Below the pieces are notes generated by a model that saw only the letters and a program-made list of their open reading frames with translations, did no database searches and was not told where the DNA came from. This document shows, in pieces, positions 1 through 15,713 of a stretch of DNA of 64,000 bases. The translations under genes and the position numbers were made by a program. The DNA is taken from positions 20,531,823 through 20,595,822 of the forward strand of contig JAUZTB010000057.1 of assembly GCA_034780895.1 (NCBI GenBank), written 5' to 3'. How positions within the stretch are numbered: the stretch's first letter is position 1; every line of letters starts with the position of its first letter. This DNA comes from Rhynchobatus australiae. Taxonomy: Eukaryota.

Positions 1-465
1 CTACAAAATACTTGGTTGAGATGCAAATTTACCAGTGCAGAATGCAGTTTAAAGAACAAGCTTGCATGGTTGTTAACAAGAGTTGGAATTTAAATGTTTG
101 TTCTACTTCAATTAATGATTACTGTAGCCTTAATTTTGTGTAATGCTTCGTTCAAATCATTGTAGTTCAAATTTTTAAGCAAAGTACTTTACCAAGAATA
201 AATCGTCAGTAATTCTGAAGCAAGTAAAAAAAATAAAATCCCCCCCCCCCCCCTTTTTTAAACTTGTAATTTTTTTTGGGGGGGGGAGGAAATAACAAGT
301 TATTCTGGATTTAGCATTGCTCAATAATTATTTCAACTTTTCACAGAAGTCTCAGTCCCTCTGAACAGGAAATGATTTGGTCAAAGTGGTTGTAAGGTGT
401 GTTGCCAAAGTCTGCTTAAACTGGTTGCAGTGATTTTGTATTTCAGTGCAGATTGCATCTAGTAG

Positions 466-648
<183 letters not shown>

Positions 649-2229
649 TGAAAGTGAATCTATGGAGTTGCACTTTGTATGAAGCAACCCGATTTGATGC
701 CTCTTAACCATTCAATTGTATTTTTACACATTTTAAAATTAATTTGAAATATTATCCAATTACCATAATTCTGTGTCGATAGCCACTATACTTCAGCAAT
801 TGGGACTTTATATGTGGAACTGAAGTCTGATTTTAAAATATTCCTGCTGCAGTAGATGGAAATCAATGGTACATAATAGTTGTTGCACTTAACATTGCTG
901 TCTTTGCATACAGAGATAAACCACTCTGTAGTGTGAAGAGGATAGCTCTTCATTTCTTGGCATTAGCCCTCATTGGTTTGGCTCAGGATTTACTACTGTA
1001 GGATTGATCTGGTGCCATAATCCTTTGGACAGCATTCAAATAATATGCTTGTTACCATTTTTTTAAAATGTGCATGTTTGCTGCATTTTATTCAAGGAAG
1101 GAGAATGAAAATGATGATGTGCAACTTTTGTTTTAGAAATCTTTGGCTTCAACTGAAACTTAAATTGCTTCCTTGTTATACTTCTGTGTTATGCTGGTGT
1201 TTGCCAGCTCCCGACACACTGGTCTCTCACAATCAGCAGCATCTCCAAAATAGGTATGCCATTCAGCAGCATAAATCTTTTTTTTAATGGTCTTCCCAAT
1301 TGCTAGCCTTAATCAGGCACACTAATTTTTAGTTTTGCTACAAGGTCTACATTTGGAGATCTGTTGTGTTAGAATAGCACTGGAGTCACTTTAAAGTAGA
1401 GTTGCTTTGTAATGCTCTTTCAATGGTTTTGTCTATTGGGACTTATTTCTACAGCAATAATAAAACATATAATAATTGGTGGCATGCCAAAATAATATTT
1501 AACTTCAATGAACTGAAATATGAGCAATTTTATTGTGGAACTTATCAATGTTTGAATCATTGAAGAGCAAAACAGAATTGCAGATTTCTATTTAATTGCT
1601 CCAAGTTTTCACAACTTGAATGCAAACCAAGTTGGACAGGAAATCTTTACTTTGCCACTGGTATTAAAAACTGGTCCTCATCACTCTGGTAATTACTTGA
1701 TATGTTGTATGATATTTTCATTCTGTAGACATGTTGGTCTCCATTTTGTTAGTTTTGGATTTCATTCACTTGGGACTTTAATTGTAGCTACCCAAATACA
1801 TATTTTTTAAAAGGCTCCAACAGTCAACAGAAGGGCCTTTCATTACCTCTAGCTGGATTGTAAACAGTTCTTTCAGGTGAAAGAGCAGCGTTCTAATTTT
1901 GTGTTGTGGGAATGAAAACCACTGAAATAGTGATAGTACTTAATTCATATTGTAGGAGGCAGCAAAAGTCCATATATATTAGAGAGAGAGAGAACACTAA
2001 TTGCAGAACACAAGTTCTGCTGTGTTTTAATCTTGCTGGGAAATGAGTGACCCTCTTGTTCCATTACAGATGTGTAGCAATTTTGTTCCAAGCTTTGGTA
2101 AGATAGTGTTGTGCCAAGTGAGTCAGGATAAAGTGGTTTGAACCTTAGTTTTTGGTTTTATTTTCGTATCTTTGTGTATGCTGAGTGAATAGGAAAGGAT
2201 ATTCCTGCCTTTACACAGTAGATGATAAC

Positions 2230-2965
2230 ATCAACTCAGATGAGGTGGATAATGACAGTCTGGCAGATGGTGAACAAGGTGAGAAGAATTGTACAATCTT
2301 GTTTGACCTTGTTCACTGATAGTAGCCAGACTAAGTCCACCAGAACTGTGCCAGAATGCTTTCTACAGGCTGCAGTAACAAAGTCCCAGGTTTATAGGGA
2401 TGTCATGCTGATTATCCTCCTCTCATACTGGTGCATTAACTAACTTGAAAGCTTCACCAGCAGTGTTTGTGACTGATCCCAAGCATCAAATGGGAGCAAC
2501 ATTGAACTGGTACAAGAGTCCTCCATGAAACTGCGTCCACCAGCATCAAAGCCTTGCTCTTGAGGAATAAGTTTTGATGGATAGGACACTCATATGGTTG
2601 CTAAATACTCTCCCTTCATTGCCTGGTTTTCTTTCTCCAGCTCTCTGGCCAATGTTTTAAAGGTGGCCTTAAGAAGCAGTAAAAAGACATGCTCAAGAAT
2701 TCCTTTAAGCATGGAGTTAGCACCAATGACTGGGAGGAGAAAGGTCTTGACTGCCTGATGAGGCACCACCTGGTACATCAAGGTTGTGGCATTTCAAGAC
2801 CCAATGACTTGATGCTGAGGTGGAACAGCAGTGGCAGAGGGAGGAACCAACCACTCCCACATCCTGAACAACAACTTTGCCCCACTGCTGAAGAACATGT
2901 ACATCCAGAATCTGGTTCCTCAGTCATCTGAAGAGCCACCAAACTTCCTTTATGCCATCTTGATT
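2230..2965 (+). mobile_element. Degenerate RTE-clade LINE 3' fragment
   Basis: Remnants TKSQVYRDVMLIILL, LESF.QQCL, KDMLKNSF...WEEKGLD and SRIWFLSHLKSH resemble an RTE ORF C-terminus. Confidence 0.55.
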
Positions 2966-3847
2966 CTGAGGGACCACAGTTGACCAACAGTGTATTATAC
3001 ATGTGCTTTATTCATTAGTCTAATTATTACATTTAAATAGCCCAAGCAGATGACAGTTTTCCCCTCAACAGTGGTGGATTCTAGATGATACAATGCAGCA
3101 TAAACTCATACAATGGATTTTAATCTGGTTGGAGTTTGCAGAATGTTGGCTTCTTGTATTCATTTGCAGTATCAGCTGTATGACTGTTCAAGTTCATACT
3201 TCAACTCGTGGAATATGTTTTAACTAAACTGTGTATCTGCAGTAAAAAATAAAGCAAATTAGAGGGGACAAGAAAGAGACCATCTATTTTGAGATTTTAA
3301 TTGTCGTGTGCATTCCTCTTGGCCTTTTAAATGACTCCTATTTGCAATTCTATTTCTTTATGTTACAGAAATGCAATAATGTCATGCAGATTTAGCCTTC
3401 CTAATCTGAGTTCTAACTAGTTGGTACCGCTTGTAAATTGTAAGAAGTGATACACAAGTAGCTTGCAAGCCATCTAGTTTTGTAGATTACCAGCTACAAC
3501 TGGTAAACTGAAGTCAGTTTAGTCAAATTTGTATCTGGGATAAAGCTGTTTTGGCAAATGCCTGTTGAATGCAGTTCTACAGAATATAGACTTTGCAGAA
3601 TGAGTACGAGTTCTGCTAAATATTTATTTGAGCTTTAGTGTTTTTCTTAATTTGATGGTTCTTTTTCATTTGCAGTGGTGTGAAAGTAGTAAGTAAAATT
3701 ATAAGCAGCCTGCAAGACATCCTATTAATTAACAAGCAAGGACATGTTAACTGAAATCAGCTGATTCCAAGCTTGCAGTATCTGGAAATAAAAGTCTGGG
3801 TTCTGCAAATACATGATATACTATGCTCTTCGACTGCAGTGTGTGTG

Positions 3848-4085
3848 GAGTGAGGGACTTTGAGTGAGGGACTTTGAGTGAGGGACTTTGAGTGAGGGAC
3901 TTTGAGTGNNNNNNNNNNNNNNNNNNNNNNNNNNNNNNNNNNNNNNNNNNNNNNNNNNNNNNNNNNNNNNNNNNNNNNNNNNNNNNNNNNNNNNNNNNNN
4001 NNNNNNNNACTTTGAGTGAGGGACTTTGAGTGAGGGACTTTGAGTGAGGGACTTTGAGTGAGGGACTTTGAGTGAGGGACTTTGA
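3848..4085 (+). repeat. Minisatellite, 14-nt unit GAGTGAGGGACTTT, spanning a 100-N gap
   Basis: Perfect tandem copies on both sides of the gap. Confidence 0.95.
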
Positions 4086-4139
4086 TGCATATTTTTAAAA
4101 TTAAATTATTTAGGGTTCTCCTTAAAGAGCTATGTAGAA

Positions 4140-5810
4140 AGAGACATGTCAAGTCAGACTTGTGAAATGTATACTCTATATCATTTGCAACCTCTACGAT
4201 GCTTCCCATATCCTGGATAAGTATATATTCAGGAAATGTCATCAGCTGAAGAGTTTGAGCAACAGTCAGTGTCAGCTGACCATCTGTGAGATTATGGATA
4301 GAGCCTTTCAGGAAGTGGTTATCTCTCAGCTGAAGAGTGCAGTCAGAGAAACAGATGAAGGAGCAGGGAGGTAATTCATGAGAGCACTGAGGGCATCTTG
4401 CTCTGTAACTTGTATTCAGCTCCAAATACTAACAGGGTAGAGGGTTCCTCTGGGGAGTGCTGACAGGGCCAAGACCATAACACCATGGGTGGTTTGGTTG
4501 TGTGAGGAGAAGTTGAGAGGACAATAATTATAGATGATTCTATAGTTGGGGGAGTAGAAAGAGGATTCTCCAGTCACATGGTTCCAGGATGGTGTATTGC
4601 CTTGCTAGTGCAAAGAGAAGGATACTATTGGATGGCCGCAGAATGTTCTGCATGGGGGGAGTAAACAGTTGGACATTGTGAACCATACCATTATTAACAG
4701 TATAAGAAGAAAAAGGGGAGAGGTGTTGCGGGCAGATTTTAAGTTAGGATAAGGGTTTAGAAGCAGGACCTCAAAAGTAGTAATCATTTATGATGACATG
4801 TACTGAAATCCAGAAGTGGAGAATATTGCAGATTGGTTGGAAACATGTTGCAAGAGGGAAGGCTTTGGAGGCCTAGGGTGTTAGCATTGATTGAGGAAGG
4901 TGAGGCTCGTACAGACTCAACTGGACAAGGTAAATGTCTTGGCCAAATTTTGCATGTGCTATTGAGGAGAGTATAAACTAGCAGGGCAAGGAGATGGGAA
5001 GCTGAGCAAAGCTTGGAAGGGGGATAATGCATTTGTGGGATCATCTTGTGAGGCTGTATTGGTTGAATTAAAAAACAAAGAACCCAATCATGGATGTTAG
5101 AAGGGTGCTATAAACCTCCAACAGTCTGAGGTTTAAGGGCAAATTTGTAACATTTTTTTTGACAGTGCAAAAGTGCTTTGGCAATAATAATGGTAGATTT
5201 AATTCTCTAACATTAGCTAGGAGAGAGTCAATTTAAAAGGGATAGAATATGTGGAGTTCCCAAATTGCATTAGGGAGAACTTTAGCCAGAATGTAGCAAA
5301 GCAATTTAGATTTTAGTTTTTTACAGAATGAAGCTGGGAATGTGGTGGTGAACCTATCTCGGTCAGATTTGGCTCATTTATTGGAAAGGATAAAAGATAA
5401 ATTTGGAGTAAAGGTTTAACTTGCAGTAAGGGCATTTCTACTAAGCTGAGGAGTAAATTGGCAAAAGTTAAGTGGAAACAACTGCTGAGGCATGAAGGAA
5501 TAGAAAAACCTGGAGTGTGTATCCTCAAATCCTTGACAGGTCAGTAAAAACTGTTTTAAATGAGGAATGTTATTCTATGTTAGCCAAGGTTTAGAATGTA
5601 AGAGCAAGGGAGTTATTCTAGAACTATACAACACTTGAATCACAGCTTGTATAGTTCTGGTCAACAGGTTTCAGGAGCAAGGTAATTTTACCATTTAAAC
5701 GTATAGCTGAAGTTCCATCACCTGTCAGAAGGCGAGATTAGGCTAGAGACTGGTGGGCACATATGCAATAGGCTGAATGGCTTCTTGTGTTGTACTTTTT
5801 TTGATTCTGT
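4140..5810 (+). mobile_element. Old, internally deleted CR1-clade LINE (ORF1 remnants, ORF2 pieces, 3' tail)
   Basis: YIFRKCHQL and MDRAFQEVV (ORF1 N-terminus); IIIDDSIVGGVER (SGNH esterase remnant); AIIMVDLI (endonuclease remnant); tail ggctgaatggcttcttgtgttgtac. Confidence 0.7.
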
Positions 5811-7284
5811 GCACTGGAAGAGTAGAATCATAGCCGTGTGGCATAAAGATAGGCCCTTCGGACCACCAAGGCTGTGCCAGCCATCGAGCACCCTTTCACG
5901 CTAATTCCATGTTATTTTCTTCCCTGGGGGGGGGGGGGNNNNNNNNNNNNNNNNNNNNNNNNNNNNNNNNNNNNNNNNNNNNNNNNNNNNNNNNNNNNNN
6001 NNNNNNNNNNNNNNNNNNNNNNNNNNNNNNNNNNNNNNNNNNNNNNNNNNNNNNNNNNNNNNNNNNNNNNNNNNNNNNNNNNNNNNNNNNNNNNNNNNNN
6101 NNNNNNNNNNNNNNNNNNNNNNNNNNNNNNNNNNNNNNNNNNNNNNNNNNNNNNNNNNNNNNNNNNNNNNNNNNNNNNNNNNNNNNNNNNNNNNNNNNNN
6201 NNNNNNNNNNNNNNNNNNNNNNNNNNNNNNNNNNNNNNNNNNNNNNNNNNNNNNNNNNNNNNNNNNNNNNNNNNNNNNNNNNNNNNNNNNNNNNNNNNNN
6301 NNNNNNNNNNNNNNNNNNNNNNNNNNNNNNNNNNNNNNNNNNNNNNNNNNNNNNNNNNNNNNNNNNNNNNNNNNNNNNNNNNNNNNNNNNNNNNNNNNNN
6401 NNNNNNNNNNNNNNNNNNNNNNNNNNNNNNNNNNNNNNNNNNNNNNNNNNNNNNNNNNNNNNNNNNNNNNNNNNNNNNNNNNNNNNNNNNNNNNNNNNNN
6501 NNNNNNNNNNNNNNNNNNNNNNNNNNNNNNNNNNNNNNNNNNNNNNNNNNNNNNNNNNNNNNNNNNNNNNNNNNNNNNNNNNNNNNNNNNNNNNNNNNNN
6601 NNNNNNNNNNNNNNNNNNNNNNNNNNNNNNNNNNNNNNNNNNNNNNNNNNNNNNNNNNNNNNNNNNNNNNNTATAGTCATGTTAGTACATTTCTAGTCTG
6701 CCTCCCAAATTTCACACACTTAAAGTTAATAGTGTACATTGTACCCAGATTTCAATGCCACTGACCAAGTATGGATTTCTAGCCAACTTTAATCCATCTT
6801 GACAATCTTCATTCACCCATATATTCATATTCTGCCCATTTTACCAATAACTAAGAGTAACTTTATATAAAGACATTGGATAAGGAGTGAGAGAAGGTTA
6901 CCTGGAAATAATAGGTCCTCTGTGCCTTGCAGATTCTTTATTAGCCTCCTGACCCAAGGGAAAAGATTAGCTACTTTCAGAACTTCTATTTTCAAGGATA
7001 AATAATATTTTCAATAGTTCTCTTTGTAAATGTGCCAGGTGAATGGAATACACAAATTGGTGTCAGCTGGGTCAGTCATTCTTCGTGTTTCCTTGAATTT
7101 TATCTGTTTGACAAATGGTAAAGATGAAAAGAAAATCTCTGAATATTTAAATGTTAATCAGCAAATCAGAAAGCAGAATTGTTCTGATGAAGGGCTTCAG
7201 CTGAAACATCCTTTTTATAAATGGTAATCAAACTAATATTTCCAGACACCTGTTCAATTTGCATTGTAGACACAAATTTTGTAG

Positions 7285-8001
<717 letters not shown>

Positions 8002-8884
8002 TGATATTCTCTGGAGTGTTTCAGTGGCATCATGCAAATGTGTGAAGTCATGATGAAATGCATTTCAGACCTTTATCAAAATTAATTATCTGTTGTATGA
8101 TTAACATTTTGCATTGTAAATGTAATTGGCTGTCTTGCCTTTATTGCCAATTTGTTTGAAGCAATTAAGGGCCTGAATTTTTTTTAACAAAAGCAATTGT
8201 TATAAACGACTTTTGCTAAATATTGCAATGTTAAAACAATTTGAAGAGTTCAAACTAGTTTCATGAATTTGTCCTTGCTGTGTCTCCTACAACTTGTAGG
8301 ATGCGTGCTGGATTTATGTGTGCTGTCAGACATTGGGAATTGGCTGCTAAAACAACCTGATTGCTTGCCTCGTGGACTAAAAATGGACTCCCCTGGGAGT
8401 ATGATTTCTTTAGTCCTGTGCTGTGTGGAGAAAANNNNNNNNNNNNNNNNNNNNNNNNNNNNNNNNNNNNNNNNNNNNNNNNNNNNNNNNNNNNNNNNNN
8501 NNNNNNNNNNNNNNNNNNNNNNNNNNNNNNNNNNCCTGTGCTGTGTGGAGAAAAAAAATCTCTTGGCCTATACACAAGATTGACTGTGCATTCCCTGCTG
8601 TCAGAGGCATTTAAATATTTTGTGTACATATTCGATTAGAATAAACTTCATCTATTGCATGGTAAAAAAAATTTCAGATACAAGACAATGCAGCAGACAT
8701 TATTCAAGTCTGATGTCATCCTTCCACAACACTACCATGTTGTGTAAAGCTAGTTAGTCTATTGAACAATTCTCTTGTCTGAAACATGAGTTTATATCTT
8801 GCTAGCCATTTCAATTTGCAGTGACCAACAACTGATGTGCTATTCTTCACCTAGAGTGTCTGCTACTTTGTGTCATTCTCCTAG

Positions 8885-8974
<90 letters not shown>

Positions 8975-9569
8975 TAAGTACACATACTCAAATCTTTTTC
9001 AATCAGCAATTTAAACGTTGAAAAGTATGGGTCAGCTCTTTGTCATGATCTTTATTACATTTTGAAGTGTTTGCAGGTGTGCACATTGTTATACTCTTGC
9101 AACAGGAAAAGTATGTGTTCATTGGACAAATGAGGCTGAAATGGAGGATATTTGACTGCATGCTACTGATGAGGCTTTGCCATACCAAGATTGCCAGCAA
9201 CATGATGCCATTCTCTATGGGATAGAGTGAAGCAAACAAGACGAACATCGTTGTTCTCTTTTTCCAAGAACTGTCTTAACTCGATAACAGGACAGTGTTT
9301 GTGTTATTGGAGACCTAGTCTCTCAAATCTTCACACCAGTTCTCCATTAGGAGTGGCAAAATCCAGGGAAGACTAGATTGCTTGGTTGTGGCTGTATATT
9401 ATGTATATTTCTGTGACTTGCAACTTCTACACCAGTGACCATGGAAACCAAAAAAGGCTCTACTCAGGCTGTATATTTCAACAAGTCTTTGGAGGTGACT
9501 CCACCTACCTTGCTAATTTTCAGTGATATTTTTGATGAGGTGTAGTATTTTTAAGGCTTTTGTCAAATA

Positions 9570-11560
9570 GGATTGAAGTAGGCTATTTAGCTCCTCAATT
9601 CAATTTTATAGCATCTGAAAGAGGTTTGTAAAATAACTCCAGCCTGTGTACCTTTATAACTTATGGTAAATCTTACCAAACATTTTGTAAGGTGACCCAG
9701 CATCAATTCATATTTTCAGAAGAATTCTAAATTTCACTGCATTTGGCAATATTTTCTAACCTTACTCTTATGTCCTGCTCTAATTTTAAGGCCATGGCCT
9801 TTTACTCTTACATTCTCCAACCAGTAGTTTTTCCCTCTCCTTCAGTTCCACCTAGTATATTTGAAACATTTAGTCAAATTAATCAAAATGAACACAGCAC
9901 TAATTTGTGTAACCTTGTAAGCTGCACTACCTCCAATAATATCCCACCCCAACCTCTGGTGGCCAGAACTGTTCTGTTTTTCAGGCATGAACTAACCCAG
10001 GCTTTGTATAGCTGTATCATAGTTTATTCATTGTACAATATATTTTAATGATTTGTGTAAATGTGCCACTAGCTCTCTTTCAACCTCTGTTGCTTCTAGC
10101 TTTTTACTAGCAAATACTTTTTAAACTTAATATGGATGACCTCACTGTTTCCTACATTGAAATTTGCCATGACTTTATTTTTTTTTCAAATTGTTAATTT
10201 ATCTTTAATTTCTTACTGGCATCCAAAATTATTACACTTCTGCCTACCTTTGTCATTGACGTACTTGTATATGTGGGATTTAGAAAAAACACTAGAAACA
10301 CTCGGGTCAGGTAGTATCTGTGAAAGAGAAACAGTGTCAACATTTCAGATGGAGGATCCTTTCTCAGAACTGGGAAAGGTAGAAAACAAGTTCTGTTGCA
10401 GAAATGATGGGGAAGGGATAGAATATCTCCTGATAGGGTGATGGCAATAAGCTGTTGATGAAGCTATCAGGTAGATAAGTTAATGAGGATATGTGGCTAT
10501 CTATCTAATTTAAGTTAATAAAGTGAATAGTTGCAGCACCAGCATAGATCCTTGTGGGATGTGGCTTGTCATTTCTTGCCGATTTGAATACCAGTCAATT
10601 ATCATCTTTCTCTTGCTGCTCACCCTATTTCTGAAGCAGGTCAATAAGTTGTCCTAATTCTACAAGCTTTATCTTTGCCTCACTTTTCTTAAGATCTTTA
10701 TCAACTATCTTCTAAGCTTCCATGATGTTATCCTCTGATTTAAAAAAAAATCAGTCTGGTTTGTCAGGCGTGTCCTGCCCTTCTCATGTTTGTGCTAATA
10801 CTCAGAGTAAAGTATTCAATTCTCTCCTTTAATGATGAACTGCAGTCATTTCCTAGCAATAGACATTAGGCTAATTAATCTATAGTTTGCTTGCTTTCTC
10901 ACTTTTATCTTTTTGAAATGGTTGAATGATGTATGTAGTTTTTCAGAAGTGTTTCCTGATTCAGGGGAATTTTGTTGACATCCTAATTATCTTCCAGTAT
11001 TCTTATCTACTATTAAATCCTGGATCAGGAGCCATCTGGTGCTAAATATTTGCCACTCTTTAGTGCCGTTGTTATATTTATTACTATTTACTTTGCTTAC
11101 ATTAACTTTGGCAAACCTCCCTCAGTTTACGTGAATGTTCTTTGCTAGTTCTCCTCTACTGTAAATACTGTCATTAAAATAGTGATTCAACATTTCTGCC
11201 CCTCCTTTCCACAAGGCTTCATTTGAAACTTTGGTTTTCTTGCAGCTTTTGAAGCTGTTGCGTGTCATCTTTTCTTTGCATCCCCCTCAATTGCCAGAAT
11301 CTGTGCTAGATTTGTCCTTTTATTTTCTTTTAATTTCATGTTACCCTGTCCCTTTTAGTCATCCATAGCTGTGGAATTTTTTTATATAGAGCATTTACCC
11401 ATTTGGATATAAACTGATTTTGAATTAGTTTATATTCCTTTCTGAACAAGTCCCACTTGTTTTGGATTTGGCCAATTTATTGTGGTTGGGATCTGTGTCA
11501 ATGCATGTAATTTGGCCTTGACCTAAATCCAAAATCTTAGCCATTTTTAAATTTATTTTT
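9570..11560 (-). mobile_element. Highly degenerate CR1-like LINE, interrupted near 10280-10500 by a Penelope-type repeat fragment
   Basis: Reverse CR1 tail-like start (gattgaagtaggctatttagctcctc) and RT/endonuclease-like pyrimidine-rich remnants. Confidence 0.45.
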
Positions 11561-11744
11561 GAACACTGATTTGAATTGAAAATGGTTGCTATAATTTTAA
11601 CACTGTTGATGTTTTAAATCTGGCTGATCACTCTTTACTAATTCTAATGTGGTGCTCGGTTTTAGTTTAATAGAAATTGCCAAGCAAATGAAAAATCACT
11701 TTCAAATGAAGTTGCCATAATTTCTACCCCATCCCATGAAAAAT

Positions 11745-12135
11745 AAAGAATTTGCATTTGTATATCACCTTACAGAAACTCCGGGTATCCTAAATAACTT
11801 GGTTGCCAGTGAGGTACTTAAAATGTATTTTCTAATAATAAACTGAACCACAGTAAGATCCCACAAACAACAATGAGATAATAACTAGGTTTTTAATGTG
11901 ATGTTCGATAAAAGAAATATAGGACAGTGGAAAAATTTTCCTACAGTTGCTTGGTGTCGTATGATCTTTTACACCTTTTCTGGAGGGCAAGGAAACATTT
12001 TAGTTCAAAGTCACAACTGAATGTGCAGGATCTTGAAATGTGCAGCATTCCATCCTATATTGAAGCATCAGTCTAGTTATGATGCTTGTGTCTCTGGAGG
12101 GGAAACTGTATTCTCAACCTTTTATCTCATGGAAG
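11745..12135 (-). mobile_element. Deu-domain SINE (SacSINE1/AmnSINE-like)
   Basis: Reverse-complement similarity to the copies at 40540-41180; cacagtaagatcccacaaacaacaatgagataat segment. Confidence 0.6.
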
Positions 12136-14373
12136 AATGACATTGATGCAGAAAGAGAAAACTGAGAATTATTGTACTGTTGTAACAGAAAGTATGTTCC
12201 AGACAGCCTAACCAGCTGGCTGGGATTTTGGTGCATGCAGCTTGCAAAAAAAATCTTCCCTTCTAGAAAAAATAGCACAAGGTCCTAAAGCTAATTTTTC
12301 TTTTACTTTTCATGTTTTTTTCAATTAATTGACTATCTAAAATTTGCTGTTTGCAAGTTAACATTATATGAAAGCAGCACTAAAAATTAAATGTTATTTG
12401 ACTTGATCTTTTGCCATGTCCAGGAATGAAATTTGTTTAAATCATTCTTGTGTTGTAAATTAAAAGCCATTATCAACGCCGATCTGATCTTGTCTGTGGC
12501 AGTGGATTTCTAGTTATTAACGAGAGCAATATTTATGTAAGACTCTATAGTACCAGTAGGTTAGGCTTGAAGAATTTTACTTTTTAACTGAGGTGGAATA
12601 TTAATTCACTATTATTGCATCAATATCAAGCTGACTTCTTAGAAATATGGTTGTCAGAAATACATTTTGATTTGTAATGAACGCGTCAAGTTTGTTTCTC
12701 CCAAATTATCACTGACAGAAGGCAATGAGCACAGTTCTGTATATATTCTTGAAACTCTTGCCTTCCCTAGGGGTGGTGCAATAACTCAGCATTGCCACAG
12801 CCACTCTGCCTGATTTGCACCAAAGGATCCAAAATAACTGGGGCACATCTTGCATGTAATTAACTACAATGGATGAGGCAGCTAACTTCAGTAGCACTTC
12901 AATGGAAATAACCACATTGCTGTGCTGAATTTTAAAATGCTGCTTCAAAAGCTGAAAAAGAAGTTCACCAAATCAGTGCTGCAATGTGATCTTGTAGGTC
13001 TGAAATTAAAAACTGTATCTTTTTGTNNNNNNNNNNNNNNNNNNNNNNNNNNNNNNNNNCCGCCCCCCCCCCCCCCCACCTCACATGTTTGCCACTGTCA
13101 CCCTCAAATGATTTTTTAAAAAAAACTCTTGACCCCCCTCGGTCATTGGACAATGCTGCCCCAATTGTTGAGAATCTCAAGTCTTTGAGCAATGGTGTCT
13201 CAAATCTATGCCCATATCTATACTCTTTGAATCATTCCAATCACATTTGCAAAAATAATTATTTGTGATGCTAACAAAATGATCTGTCTTGCCGTCTCCT
13301 TTTATAATCTTGGAGGAAGTGGTGGGGTGTGCACATGGAAATGACAGATTGGTTTTCCAGGAACATTAGAGGAATAGCATGTAGCTGAGAAATAAGAGGG
13401 CCCTGAGAATTAGTTCTTTGGACACCAAAGATGATTGTATATGGACAAGGAGAGAACCCCACTGTAGGTTATTCTCTGCCTTTGGATAGACAATGGAAAA
13501 GGGTGACTGCACCCCAGACAACTGGATGACAATTGGAGAAGTGATAGAGAAAAACAATGTCAATACTTCCTGCTTCATCACCCCTCTATTGTTTTACAGC
13601 TTCACCTCTTCACATCCCCACCATCTTGCTTGTCTCCCCTCCTGCTGTCTATTAAATTCTTTCTTTACCTGATGGGCAGAAATTTCTCCTGACTACATTT
13701 TGGGAAGGCTGAAGTCATTACATTTGTTTCCCATCACAAACTGTTTCCTAGAAAGCTACTCCTTCCCTTTCCCTGGTAGCTGACAGAGACTAAACCAACT
13801 TCTAATGCAGCCTTGATGATTTTCTGACAAAGCTGTACTACCATGAACATCAGAGATCACATATTTCCATTTAATAATATTGCTTGGCACTGCCATGCCT
13901 CACCCATTGACTGCAGAAATGCATTGCCCTGCTTTTGTTATCATTTAACAGCACTAAAGCAATTCAGACTGCCCTCCTGAATCCACCCTTCAATCTAGGA
14001 ATATTTGGAAGGTCTGCTCTGCCTGTGCCTGTCTAGAATGGTTAATTGATCACCATTGTGGCTTACCATCAGTTCCTGCTTACCAGAGCCATGTTATTAG
14101 AATTCTGATCCTGGTTTCCAACTTCCCCTCTTAGTCCTCCCCACTCTTTTGGCTCTCTCTCTCTTTTGTCCTAGCTCTCCTCCTTGGTTCCTGCTGCCTC
14201 TTTCTAAACTTGTCCCTCCCCCCACCCCCCACTATGGCTTCTGAAGAGCCTTGTGACATTTAACTCATTGTGTTTTCCAAAATGAAAGCTTGTGATACCA
14301 AGTCTGTCTCCACTGTTCTACACAATTATACAAACTCTTAACTGAATAAAATATCTTGCATAATTACGTTTAA

Positions 14374-14493
<120 letters not shown>

Positions 14494-15306
14494 TGAATCA
14501 GATATTTAATTGCTCAGTGCTATGCCATAACATTGCATTTTGGGGCATTGGACCAACTGCTGGTCAGAGCTGGAATGGGGAGGAGGATGGAACAAGAAGG
14601 GAATAAACATGAGGCATAGAAGTGAAGGATGTCTCAGACAAGGCAAAAAGATTCAGAATTTTGGGTTTGTAGCTAATTTAATTAAAGATTAACTTTAAGT
14701 TGGTGGCCAGGATTAACTGCAGTGAGACTACATTTATAGATGAAGGGGGAAAAGTAATTAAATTTTTTTGGGAGGGAGTTTTGCAGTGTAGTGTGTTTAT
14801 TTATTGTAAAAAAATTGTGCTTGGTTGATTTTGAAATTCATGACTAATGTGCCTAAATGTACTGTCAAGGCAAAGATGATGGAACCTTGCCAATCTTAGG
14901 TGAATTTTAAAACAAAGAATGAATAAGGGAAAAATTTGCAGAAGGTTTCTTATTTTGCCCTTTAGGAGACTGGTGAGACTTGCAATATCAACTTGTTCTT
15001 TGTCAGCACTTGTCTTGTGATCTAAATGTCTCTTTGGCATTAATAAATCAGCATTAAGTCTCACTTAAACACTTCTGCCTAATTGGAATTGATGGTAATT
15101 GTGTTGTATTATAATTCAAGTTTCTAATGCATCTTTGATTTTGACTCGAGGGAAGAGTACTTCAGTTGCTGTGTGCAGTAACCTCAGAAATTACTGAAAG
15201 AATGTAGTTCTGTTGCCACTCGCAAAATAAATCTTTCTCTGCCTGGTGCAAAGTTCTTGATTATCTTTTAAATGATTTGTCTAATAAATTTTAACTGTAT
15301 TTTTAG

Positions 15307-15471
<165 letters not shown>

Positions 15472-15500
15472 TAGCACTTTATTTAATAAATGAAAACTAA

Positions 15501-15713
<213 letters not shown>

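Noticed and set aside
241-290. Poly-C/poly-G runs (also at 5926, 13060, 33048, 61035)
   Set aside because: Simple homopolymers, often next to gaps, with no evidence of function.
3757-4425. 222-aa - strand ORF with QSPSLKVPHSKSLT repeats
   Set aside because: Translation of the 14-nt minisatellite plus a gap.
5874-6764. Long ORFs of 250-300 aa here, and similar ones at 38467-38894 and 61872-62579
   Set aside because: They run through N gaps and are artefacts of unknown bases.
8415-8556. Direct repeats flanking 100-N gaps (also at 24637/24760, 29095/29226, 31025/31140, 39447/39557)
   Set aside because: Typical overlapping contig ends in scaffolding, not target-site duplications or CRISPR-like repeats.
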